Positions 9,378 to 18,350 of a DNA stretch of 64,000 bases are shown piece after piece (the stretch's first letter is position 1; the number at the start of each line of letters is the position of its first letter). The stretch is from a virus. Its lineage: Duplodnaviria > Caudoviricetes. A program made the position numbers and the translations under genes. The stretch covers positions 25,174-89,173 of IMG/VR virus record IMGVR_UViG_3300032038_000045, one strand, 5' to 3'. Under the pieces are notes generated by a model. That model was not told the DNA's origin, made no database searches, and saw nothing but the letters and a program-made list of their open reading frames with translations.

Positions 9378-10043
9378 ATGGCAATTAAAGGTAATTTTGT
9401 TTTTACACCAACCTCTGGTAGTGGAAACAACACAATAAAAGTTACTTGTGGAACTACTGCTAATACTGCAAACAACAAAAACACTGTTGATACACAAGAA
9501 CAAATAACTGTTGAAATTCCTGGTGGAACTTCTAAAACTGTAAATCTTATTCAGTTCAAGAAAGAATCTCAAGAATTTGTTTATGTTAAACCTTGTGAAA
9601 TAAGTACTCTTGGTGCTGGAGGTTTCATTGATAATGAAGCTTTAGTGGTAGAAAATGCTGGCACTTATGATGTTTATTTAAAATTTAAAGTTGTAAATTA
9701 TAATGCATCTGGTCTTGTTAATGTCCCGATGATTATTAATGCAAATGTTCCTGCTACCAGCAAAAATAGTATAGGTGCTAAACTTCAAAGTCTTCAAACT
9801 ACTGTACCTCTTCAAAACGGAGTTATAACTGGAAATGGACAATACTATATTAAGATTGCTGGTTTAACTTCTAATCCTCTTAATGATACTGCCAGTTTCA
9901 GATTTTATCAAAACACTAATGGAAAATTCTATGATTTAGCTGGTGGTGGAGAATATACAAATGAAACTGATGTTCCTCCTGTATTCTTAGGTACTGTTCA
10001 GTCCGCTGTTAATCCTCCGGCAGGCAATATTATTAATTTCTAA
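9378..10043 (+). CDS. fibre-associated protein beginning with the second half of a BACON domain
   Basis: TPTSGSGNNTIKVTC...QITVEIPGGTSKTVNLIQ, followed by an unrelated beta domain. Confidence 0.6.
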   Translation: MAIKGNFVFTPTSGSGNNTIKVTCGTTANTANNKNTVDTQEQITVEIPGGTSKTVNLIQFKKESQEFVYVKPCEISTLGAGGFIDNEALVVENAGTYDVYLKFKVVNYNASGLVNVPMIINANVPATSKNSIGAKLQSLQTTVPLQNGVITGNGQYYIKIAGLTSNPLNDTASFRFYQNTNGKFYDLAGGGEYTNETDVPPVFLGTVQSAVNPPAGNIINF

Positions 10044-10046
10044 TAA

Positions 10047-10964
10047 ATGAATAAAACTACTTATACAACTGTTGAAAGGATTATAGCAAAAATTGATAAT
10101 GACTTTAATCCTAACAATAGTGATTGGATACCTCGAGTTGGTGCTTGGTGTATAGATGCTATGCACCAACTTGATGTTACAATGACAAGTAAAGTTAAGA
10201 AAAAACTTCTTGTTAAAGATAGAGTTGCAAGAAGTGAATGTTGTCTTTCAGACCTTGATCTTACTGTTTATGATGAAAACGGTTGTATAGTTCCTAAAGC
10301 AGGTAGTAAAAGTGGTTGTTGTGGAGCAGCAAATAATGGCTCTATGCAATCTCCCTCTACGGGGAAAGAAGAATTAGTTTCTGGTAATACTCTTTATACT
10401 ATTGACGATAATAGTAGAAATGGTGAAGATGGAGGAGCAGAAACAATGCTTCATCATATGAGAACTCATAGAACAGTTGAACTCGAATATACAAATAGAG
10501 AAGAAACTGTTGATATGCGTGCCCAAAGAATTAATCACAAAGATTATCCTGCTCGATACAATGTTGTTGAGATTTATAAAGGTGGAGGAAGTCAAGGTAG
10601 AAACTATGTAGTTTCTGGAGGATACACTCTTGAACTCAACTATGATGCTGATTATGTTTATATTGAATATGATACTATAGATACAGTAAAAGGAATGGAT
10701 GGAGTTGAATATCCAGTTATTCCTAACAATGGAAAACTTATTGAAGCCATTGTTTATTATTGTATGTATAAAATGCTTTGTAGAGGTTATAAACATCCTG
10801 TATTTAATCTTGCTGCATCTCAATATGGAACAAATCCTTATTATATTTGGATGAATACTAAAGATGAAGCTAAAAGAAGTGTTATTAATGATGGCATAAA
10901 TGAAGATGTATCTAAGTTGTTTAGGAGCAGCTTATTTATATCAACCTTTTATCCTCGTGGATAG
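10047..10964 (+). CDS. tail tubular/ring protein (P22 gp4-like, crAss Ttub)
   Basis: 305 aa directly upstream of the stabilisation gene; helical ends with a low-complexity insert. Confidence 0.6.
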   Translation: MNKTTYTTVERIIAKIDNDFNPNNSDWIPRVGAWCIDAMHQLDVTMTSKVKKKLLVKDRVARSECCLSDLDLTVYDENGCIVPKAGSKSGCCGAANNGSMQSPSTGKEELVSGNTLYTIDDNSRNGEDGGAETMLHHMRTHRTVELEYTNREETVDMRAQRINHKDYPARYNVVEIYKGGGSQGRNYVVSGGYTLELNYDADYVYIEYDTIDTVKGMDGVEYPVIPNNGKLIEAIVYYCMYKMLCRGYKHPVFNLAASQYGTNPYYIWMNTKDEAKRSVINDGINEDVSKLFRSSLFISTFYPRG

Positions 10965-11079
10965 TTGTTTTAGCCTCTACAATCCATTCTTATATTTGAG
11001 TGGAACAAGGATTCATCTTGAAGATTTGAGTGCGTTGTAGGGGCTAATTTTTATCAAAATTTCCTAATAATTTTCAATT
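10957..11079 (+). repeat. ~120-bp intergenic element, copy D
   Basis: TTTTAGCCTCTACAATCCATTC...GTTGTAGGGGCT...AAAATTTCCTAATAATTTT; aligns with copies A and E. Confidence 0.8.
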
Positions 11080-14000
11080 ATGCCAGATATAGTTAAAGAA
11101 CTTAATCTTAATAAACATCCTAAAAATTGTAAAGACCTAAGTCTTATTTATGCTAAGAATGTAAGAGTTAGTAATGATTTATCTTGTCTTCAGAGTGAAG
11201 AAAGTATTCTGAAACATGATGATTTGATGAATAAACTTACTCATAAAACAATAGTTGGATATATACCTTGTAATAAGGAAATAGTTTTCGTTACGATAGA
11301 TGGTAACAAACCTGTAATTGGAACTAAAATAAATGCTTATTTAGAAAGATATAACGAATTAGAAAATAGGTGTGAATGTGTTTATACTAAATACAAATAT
11401 TATGGCGGTGAAATAAAAGGCACATTCACTTATAATATAAATGATGAACTTATACTTGCTATTAGTGAGTTCGATTATGATAATAATTTAAATCTCCCTC
11501 TTCATACTATAAATATTGGAAAATGGGATGGAGAAGTTGTAGATGGAGCTTTAGATTATGAAGATTTAACAACTAATCCTAAAGTAAGAATACCTGAAGT
11601 AACAAATTATCAATATGTTGCTGGTACTGCTTATAAAGGTTGGTATCATTTCTTTATTAGATTTAAGATTAATAATAGAGATTATACTAAATGGTTTCCT
11701 TTAGGATTTCCTATTCTTATTGATGAAGTATTTAAAAGTGCAGTTGTTAAATATTTTCAACCTTATGATGATATAAATAGTACTGCAAGGAAAGCAAATG
11801 AAAGGGACGAAAGAATAGATACTGTTTTTGGTGGCGATGCTTATGTTGATACTTCTTCTAAATATGATATATGTTCAAAAACTGTAAATCTTAATATTAA
11901 TTTTAATAGTCAAGATAATAAATCTATTTATCAAATAGGTTTTATTTGTACTACTAAAAAATATACTAAAGCTTTTAAAACTTCAGATATTGAACTGAGT
12001 GATAGACAAACAAATTTTATAGTTAATTTCAATATTCTTGACGAGTATAGTGTTGAAGAATTTTTACTTCAGAACTTTAATTATTATAATGTAAAGAATA
12101 TAATTAATTATAAAAATAAACTCTATATAGCTAATTATAAAGATTCTCTATTTGATTATGAGACTTTAAGTCAATTCGTTAGAAATAATATTCAAATAAA
12201 TCTTACTACTGGCGCAAGTTCTGCAGAACAAGATAGTTATGACACTGAATATGAAACTGAAATAGAAGAACCTGCTTCTGTCGCTGGTTATAGATTGATT
12301 GTTGATGTTACAGTATTTGCAACCAGAGTAAGTGATGGAGTAGAAATTGCTTATAGAAATTTTAAAGCTGATTTATTAAATAGTAAAATATTAGCTAAAG
12401 ATTATCCTCAAGGTGTTTATCCGGAAAATGCAGACTCTTATTGGGATTATGAGGATTATACTGATTTTAGAATAGAGAGTACTTTTACGTTATATGATGA
12501 AAATAATCAAGAGACTCAACTTGGTGGAGATATTGATATAACAGGAGGAACTCAAAGTTTCAATAGTTCTGCTGGTTATTATCCACCTTTAATAGGATTA
12601 GCTGATTATAAAGATTATTATACAACTCCAGCTAATGAATTAAGATGGCAAACTTCTCGTGGTGTTTCTACTCAATATACTTTAACAATAAATGGTACTG
12701 TTAAGAATATACAATTAGATTGTTTCTTTGTTAAAACTGGTGATAAAATAGCACAAGGTATAGGTTGGGGTTTAAAATATTTGAAAAAAATTGATTATGG
12801 TTCATATTATTCGAGTTCAACTGATTATGTTGTAGTAGAACAAAATACTTATAAACCGATTTCTCAAAATACCAATACTAATACTACTATAACTCCTTCC
12901 GCTGATTCTAATTATGATTTTAATTTCTTAAGAAATGCTACTCTTATTCCAGGTGAAACTTATAAAATCTATATTCATTTTGTAAATGATTATGGTGAAA
13001 TTTCTGATGGTATATTTATAAGTGATATAAATGTTCCTAAGAATACCACTGTTGGAGAACTATATAGAATAAGTGCTGTAGTTAATGCTCTTCCTACTAA
13101 CTGTGTTGGATATTTTCTTAGTTATGAAAAACTTCAAAAGAAGAAGAGTTATAGTGGTCTTTTAGTTTACGAAAATAATATTTATAAATTCTTTAGTGGA
13201 GAAGTAGATATATTTGATTCTATTGATTTACAAGGCAATAAAGCTAATATTCTCGGTACTGTTTCTATAGATGATTTAGTAGGAAAAGGTATTGGTCAAA
13301 GTGGTATAGCAATAGATTTGAGTATATTTGAAAATAAATATTATTTTTGGAACAAAGTTGTAGATAATGCCAATTATAACTACCTTGGTTCTATGGATAT
13401 AAAGTCTATAGAATTAATAGCTGCTGATGATTTTAGTAAAGGCAATAATGGCAAAGGTAGTTACTTAAAACTTAACTTTAGTTCAGGTTTTGGATTAACT
13501 CCTGGTCAATATTATATTTGCGATATTTATAACGACAATAGTGGACAATATAAGAATGAAATTAAAACTCTTATTAAATTCACTAATGTAATTTATTCTA
13601 CTGGCTCAAGAACTTTCAATAATGGATATTCTGGCAGAATCACTAAAAATGATATTCTAATTTATAACAAAAATGGTTTTGTCTTAGATTCTTCTATAAA
13701 CACTTTATATACTAATGATTTCTATCCTTATTATAGTTCCTATATTATAGAAGAAAGTGGCAATGCTCGATTTAAGAGAAACTATTTTCAAAGAGAACAT
13801 AACCCTTCTATAGACCTTAGTCCTAATCCAATGTTGCAAGGTAACAATGTTGTTCCTGCTCCTTTAGTTGTTGTTTCTCTATATGAATATTCTGATATTA
13901 TCCTTGAAACTAAACAGATAAATAATGCTCCTCAAAAATATCCATTGAATACTACAGTTCCAAGAGGGGATGAAGATTATGCCACACCAACCTTTGTAAT

Positions 14001-15336
14001 AAATACTATAACTGAACCTAAAAACTCAGTCGATTTATTTGAAGAAGTTAATGGCAGTCAAGATTTCTTAAATCCTCAAACTTGGGTCAATTATGACAAG
14101 AATACTGAATATCAAAATGAATTTAATAAACGTATTCAGCGTTCCAATGTTATTCAAGATGAAAGTATAGAAAATTCTTGGCGTTTCTTCCCCGTAGAAG
14201 GATATAAGGATATTACTGAGAACAAAGGTGTTATTACTAATCTTGTTGCTATAGGTACTACAATGCTTGCTCATACTGAACATTCTTTATTCATGTTTGA
14301 TAGAGATAATACTTTACAAACTAATGATAAACAAGTTCAGTTGGCTATGCCTGATATATTCGACGTAGATTATAAAGAAGTTTTCACTTCTGAATTAGGT
14401 ATAGCTGGTTTACAAGATAGTAAAGCATATATTGTAGATGTATTTGGTTATATATTTTATGATAATGATTCTCATCAACTTTATAGATTTGGAGAAAAAC
14501 AATTAAATATATTAGATTTTAACCTTATACAATTCTTATTTAAATATCGTCCATATAAAGTTAGATTCGCTAATGATAAGAATGCTGATAGAATCTTATT
14601 AAATATTCATTATATGGATGGTGGAAATTCTAAAGAAATAACTCTTAGTTTTAATACTTCTATAAATAAATCAATTTCGTTGCATACTTATAACTTTGAG
14701 GAGTCTACAAATACGAAAAATAATGTATATTTGTTTAAGAACTTAAAGAATAATCCTACTAACATATATTATATAAATAATGATTTTAATAATGGAAATA
14801 GAAATAGAGTAAATGATACAAATAATAATTATTTGAAGAATATTGAATATAATAGATTTGAAAATAATTACGGTTCTTTTGGTGTTCAAGAATTTTCTCA
14901 AATAGATATAATTATAAATAATGCTTATGAAGTTATAAAATATTTAGAATTTATTACTTATAAACTTTATGAAGTTACAGAAGTAGAAAACAATGATAAT
15001 GTTTTCTTCCCCGTAGAGGAAATGAGAGTGCCTTATGCTGGAACTCAAATTAGAGTTTATAATGGTTCTAACTCCGCTGATAGAGTTGATACTGGTTGGA
15101 TAGATATTAAAAATGCTAATTGGCAAAATAAAAATAACTCCCAAAAGCCTATGGAATATAAACTTCCTTATTGGCATAATGGTAATTGGAATTTCAATTA
15201 TCTTCGTGATAAATTAAATCATGGTGATTCTCGTTTATGGGGCAATTATTTTATAGTTTCTATAAGATTCGGTAGAGAAAATGTTAGAACTGAATTTGAA
15301 ACTTTAGGTTATGCAATTAGTAAAAGCGAACAATAG
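11080..15336 (+). CDS. tail stabilisation / muzzle protein (P22 gp10-like, crAss Tstab)
   Basis: 1418 aa; NSWRFFPVEGYKDITENKGVITNL and GYIFYDND...LY segments; size and position match crAss muzzle genes. Confidence 0.75.
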   Translation: MPDIVKELNLNKHPKNCKDLSLIYAKNVRVSNDLSCLQSEESILKHDDLMNKLTHKTIVGYIPCNKEIVFVTIDGNKPVIGTKINAYLERYNELENRCECVYTKYKYYGGEIKGTFTYNINDELILAISEFDYDNNLNLPLHTINIGKWDGEVVDGALDYEDLTTNPKVRIPEVTNYQYVAGTAYKGWYHFFIRFKINNRDYTKWFPLGFPILIDEVFKSAVVKYFQPYDDINSTARKANERDERIDTVFGGDAYVDTSSKYDICSKTVNLNINFNSQDNKSIYQIGFICTTKKYTKAFKTSDIELSDRQTNFIVNFNILDEYSVEEFLLQNFNYYNVKNIINYKNKLYIANYKDSLFDYETLSQFVRNNIQINLTTGASSAEQDSYDTEYETEIEEPASVAGYRLIVDVTVFATRVSDGVEIAYRNFKADLLNSKILAKDYPQGVYPENADSYWDYEDYTDFRIESTFTLYDENNQETQLGGDIDITGGTQSFNSSAGYYPPLIGLADYKDYYTTPANELRWQTSRGVSTQYTLTINGTVKNIQLDCFFVKTGDKIAQGIGWGLKYLKKIDYGSYYSSSTDYVVVEQNTYKPISQNTNTNTTITPSADSNYDFNFLRNATLIPGETYKIYIHFVNDYGEISDGIFISDINVPKNTTVGELYRISAVVNALPTNCVGYFLSYEKLQKKKSYSGLLVYENNIYKFFSGEVDIFDSIDLQGNKANILGTVSIDDLVGKGIGQSGIAIDLSIFENKYYFWNKVVDNANYNYLGSMDIKSIELIAADDFSKGNNGKGSYLKLNFSSGFGLTPGQYYICDIYNDNSGQYKNEIKTLIKFTNVIYSTGSRTFNNGYSGRITKNDILIYNKNGFVLDSSINTLYTNDFYPYYSSYIIEESGNARFKRNYFQREHNPSIDLSPNPMLQGNNVVPAPLVVVSLYEYSDIILETKQINNAPQKYPLNTTVPRGDEDYATPTFVINTITEPKNSVDLFEEVNGSQDFLNPQTWVNYDKNTEYQNEFNKRIQRSNVIQDESIENSWRFFPVEGYKDITENKGVITNLVAIGTTMLAHTEHSLFMFDRDNTLQTNDKQVQLAMPDIFDVDYKEVFTSELGIAGLQDSKAYIVDVFGYIFYDNDSHQLYRFGEKQLNILDFNLIQFLFKYRPYKVRFANDKNADRILLNIHYMDGGNSKEITLSFNTSINKSISLHTYNFEESTNTKNNVYLFKNLKNNPTNIYYINNDFNNGNRNRVNDTNNNYLKNIEYNRFENNYGSFGVQEFSQIDIIINNAYEVIKYLEFITYKLYEVTEVENNDNVFFPVEEMRVPYAGTQIRVYNGSNSADRVDTGWIDIKNANWQNKNNSQKPMEYKLPYWHNGNWNFNYLRDKLNHGDSRLWGNYFIVSIRFGRENVRTEFETLGYAISKSEQ

Positions 15337-15339
15337 AAT

Positions 15340-15870
15340 ATGAAATGTGTTAGTAGAAAAAAGGCTTGGATAGGTGCAGCTATTAGTGCTGCTGCTGGTT
15401 TAGCTAATGCAGCAATTCAAGCAAGACAAAAGAGAAAAGCTCAAGAAGAAGCTCAGAGACAAGCTAATGAAGATGCTATAATGCGGTCTCAAGCTAATTT
15501 GACAGATGCTTATAATAATCAAGACTATTTAGATAATTATTATGATAGAGTTCAGCTTATACCTCAATTCCTTTACGGGGGAAGAAAAAAAGCTACTCTC
15601 GGTACTATAGTTGAAGGTATTGGCAACTTCTTGAAAACTGACAATGGTAGAGAACTTTTAAATAGTGGAATATCTTCTTTAGGTAATATTGCAGGTAGTG
15701 CAATATCTTCTGCTCCAACTACTTCAATTTATTCTCCAAATGCTTTCAAACCCACTGTTAAAACTTCTCTTGTTGATAAAAGTTATAATCTTAATAATTC
15801 TAATATTGAACCTCAGTATTACGATAGGTTTTCGCAAGCCAAGTTTGGTAAGCGAGTAAGAGGATGTTAG
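15340..15870 (+). CDS. small cargo/ejection protein
   Basis: Ala/Gly hydrophobic helix WIGAAISAAAGLANAAI plus coiled coil; follows the muzzle gene. Confidence 0.6.
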   Translation: MKCVSRKKAWIGAAISAAAGLANAAIQARQKRKAQEEAQRQANEDAIMRSQANLTDAYNNQDYLDNYYDRVQLIPQFLYGGRKKATLGTIVEGIGNFLKTDNGRELLNSGISSLGNIAGSAISSAPTTSIYSPNAFKPTVKTSLVDKSYNLNNSNIEPQYYDRFSQAKFGKRVRGC

Positions 15871-15985
15871 AGGCATCTATTTTTACCTACAATGGATTTT
15901 AGTTGTCTGAATGATAACTTGTTAATCTTTGAAATAAAAGTATGTTGTAGAGCCTTATTTTTGATAAAATTTCCTAATAATTTTT
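15868..15985 (+). repeat. ~120-bp intergenic element, copy E
   Basis: 70/112 ungapped identity to copy C by hand alignment. Confidence 0.85.
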
Positions 15986-15992
15986 ATTTTTT

Positions 15993-18341
15993 ATGTCTAA
16001 AATCAAACCTAATATAGTTCGTGGAGGACAAAGTATTGATTTAGGAAATAATATGTTTTTGATGCAAGGTCGTCCTCATAGTAGAGGTGGAATTGATATT
16101 GGTAAAAACCTTGAAGTTGAGGGTGGCGAAGTGATGCAATATAAACCGAATGAAGTCAGGGTTTTTAGTAAAGAGCCTATACTTAATGGAGTAAGTCCTG
16201 CACAATATGTTCTTGGCGGAGCAAACCCCAATAATGTTTTTAATGCTCAAGAGTATTGGAAAAGAGTTAATAGAGTTAGTGATGATGGAAAGAAATATCG
16301 TACTGGTGGTAAAATTGATAAAAGAAGTTGGACTACTATATTAAATAAAAGAAAGGAAGATGAATTTTCAAAATGGTACAAGAATATATCTTCTATATTA
16401 AATCTTGATTCTAATCCTGATAATCCTCTTCATGCTTATGATTATAGAGGATATTGGTTAGAAAATAGAAACAAAGATATTGATTATACTAAATCTGATT
16501 TTCATTTTCCGGATAAATATAAAAAACCGACACATCCAACATTTAGTATAGAAAGTCAATATGCTAATAAAAAATATGGAATAAATCCTAAAAGTGTAGG
16601 ATATTGGAAAGGTGATGAATTTATTCCTGGTGTATTTAATGATTTGATGGGTGCTACAAGTGGTAAAGTAAAAAATATTCCAGAGGCACAAGAATATACT
16701 CCAAGTGAAAATATAGTAAATTATATAAAAAGTACTGAAGGATTTAGAGATAAGTGGTATCGAGATGGAAACGGTATTTGGACTGTAGGTTATGGATTTA
16801 CGGGTTCTAAAGTCAGAAAAATGTTTCCTAATGGAATGACAAAACAACAAGCTGATAAATACCTTGCTGATAGTTTAAATATAAGAAAACAAATACTTCA
16901 ACGAGATACTCCTAATTGGGATAGTTTAAATCAAAATCAACGTGATGCTTTATTAAGTTATCATTATAATATAGGAGAAAGCAATTATAGAAACAAAAGT
17001 CCTAAGATGCAACAAGCATTAAGAGATAAAAATTGGGATGTTGTTTCTAAAAATATTGATGCTGGATATAATGATAAAAACAATCCTGGTCTTAGAAAAA
17101 GAAGAGATTATGAAAGAAATCTTTTTAATACTCCAATAACTGAGAAAAAGCTTGGTGGTAAAGTTAATAAATCTGCAAACATGGATTTTAATTATATAAT
17201 AGGTAGAAACAATATATATAAATTAGGAGGAAGACAAAAAGCTCCTCTTGGTATTGATATTCTTAATTCTCAAAATTTACATAGAAATGCTGAAGTATTT
17301 GATGGAGTTCCTGCAATAGCAGTTAGCGAACAAGTAGTAAGACCTAATCTTGCTGAACAACAGAGATTGTTAGATGAAACTTCTCAAATAATAAATAATT
17401 CTATAGAAACAAATATTGATAATTCTATAAGAGCAAGTATTAGTAGAGGCGATTCTGCATCAAATAGAATAAGACGAATTAGAAATATTAATGTTCCACT
17501 TACTATTGATGGTAGAAGTGCTACTATAAATAAGGATGGAACAATTGATTTAAAAAATCGTTATACTTTAGCTGGTGATAATAGAGGTATCGGTTATAAA
17601 TCTATTAGTGAACGAAATAAATTATTAAGACAAGCTAAAGTTAGAAACGCTGTTAATAATATAAAACAAGGTATAAAAGATAATAGTTCTGAACTTCTTT
17701 CTACTGGAATCAATCTTGCTGGAAACCTTGCTGGCTCTCTTATTAATTTGAATGCTATTAATAAGATGAAGTATTATGACATCATCCCTCTACGGGCAAA
17801 TAAGTTGAAAACTAATGTAAATATTAATCCTCAACTTGATACTTTAAGAGAACAACTTGCTCGTTTTGAAGGAGATACTCGCAATAACACTTCGAGTAGC
17901 AAAGTCGCATTAGCCCGTAGGCAAAGTGCAAGAGCAAGAACAGCTCAAGCTATTAATCAATTATTTGGTACTAAAGAAAATCTTCAAACTGAACTTATTA
18001 ATCGTGATAGATTTAATCAACAACAAGTTGGTAATATGAATGTTCAGATGAGAAATAGATGGCTTGCTGGTAAGTCTCAATTTGATAATCAAATAAGAAA
18101 TATGAGAGCTGAAAATGCTATTGCTGGTATCAATAATGCTATTGCTGCATTTAATGGTGAGAATGGATATTTTAACACCAGAGATAAGAAGTTTAACGAA
18201 CAAGCTAATAGAGCTCTCTATGCTCTCACTGCTCCAAATGCTGTAGATGCTATTACAAGCAAGAATGCTGAAAAGCTTATAAATACATTTGTTGAACCTC
18301 GTTTCAGAAAGAGAATGAGGAGAAGTTTAGGTATAGATTAA
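15993..18341 (+). CDS. cargo/ejection protein with internal GH24 (T4-type) lysozyme domain
   Basis: E-x8-D-x5-T triad in TEGFRDKWYRDGNGIWTVGYG, L..RR..E near domain end; N-terminal GRPHSRGGI...EVEGGE; coiled-coil C-terminus. Confidence 0.8.
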   Translation: MSKIKPNIVRGGQSIDLGNNMFLMQGRPHSRGGIDIGKNLEVEGGEVMQYKPNEVRVFSKEPILNGVSPAQYVLGGANPNNVFNAQEYWKRVNRVSDDGKKYRTGGKIDKRSWTTILNKRKEDEFSKWYKNISSILNLDSNPDNPLHAYDYRGYWLENRNKDIDYTKSDFHFPDKYKKPTHPTFSIESQYANKKYGINPKSVGYWKGDEFIPGVFNDLMGATSGKVKNIPEAQEYTPSENIVNYIKSTEGFRDKWYRDGNGIWTVGYGFTGSKVRKMFPNGMTKQQADKYLADSLNIRKQILQRDTPNWDSLNQNQRDALLSYHYNIGESNYRNKSPKMQQALRDKNWDVVSKNIDAGYNDKNNPGLRKRRDYERNLFNTPITEKKLGGKVNKSANMDFNYIIGRNNIYKLGGRQKAPLGIDILNSQNLHRNAEVFDGVPAIAVSEQVVRPNLAEQQRLLDETSQIINNSIETNIDNSIRASISRGDSASNRIRRIRNINVPLTIDGRSATINKDGTIDLKNRYTLAGDNRGIGYKSISERNKLLRQAKVRNAVNNIKQGIKDNSSELLSTGINLAGNLAGSLINLNAINKMKYYDIIPLRANKLKTNVNINPQLDTLREQLARFEGDTRNNTSSSKVALARRQSARARTAQAINQLFGTKENLQTELINRDRFNQQQVGNMNVQMRNRWLAGKSQFDNQIRNMRAENAIAGINNAIAAFNGENGYFNTRDKKFNEQANRALYALTAPNAVDAITSKNAEKLINTFVEPRFRKRMRRSLGID

Positions 18342-18350
18342 TATATTGCT

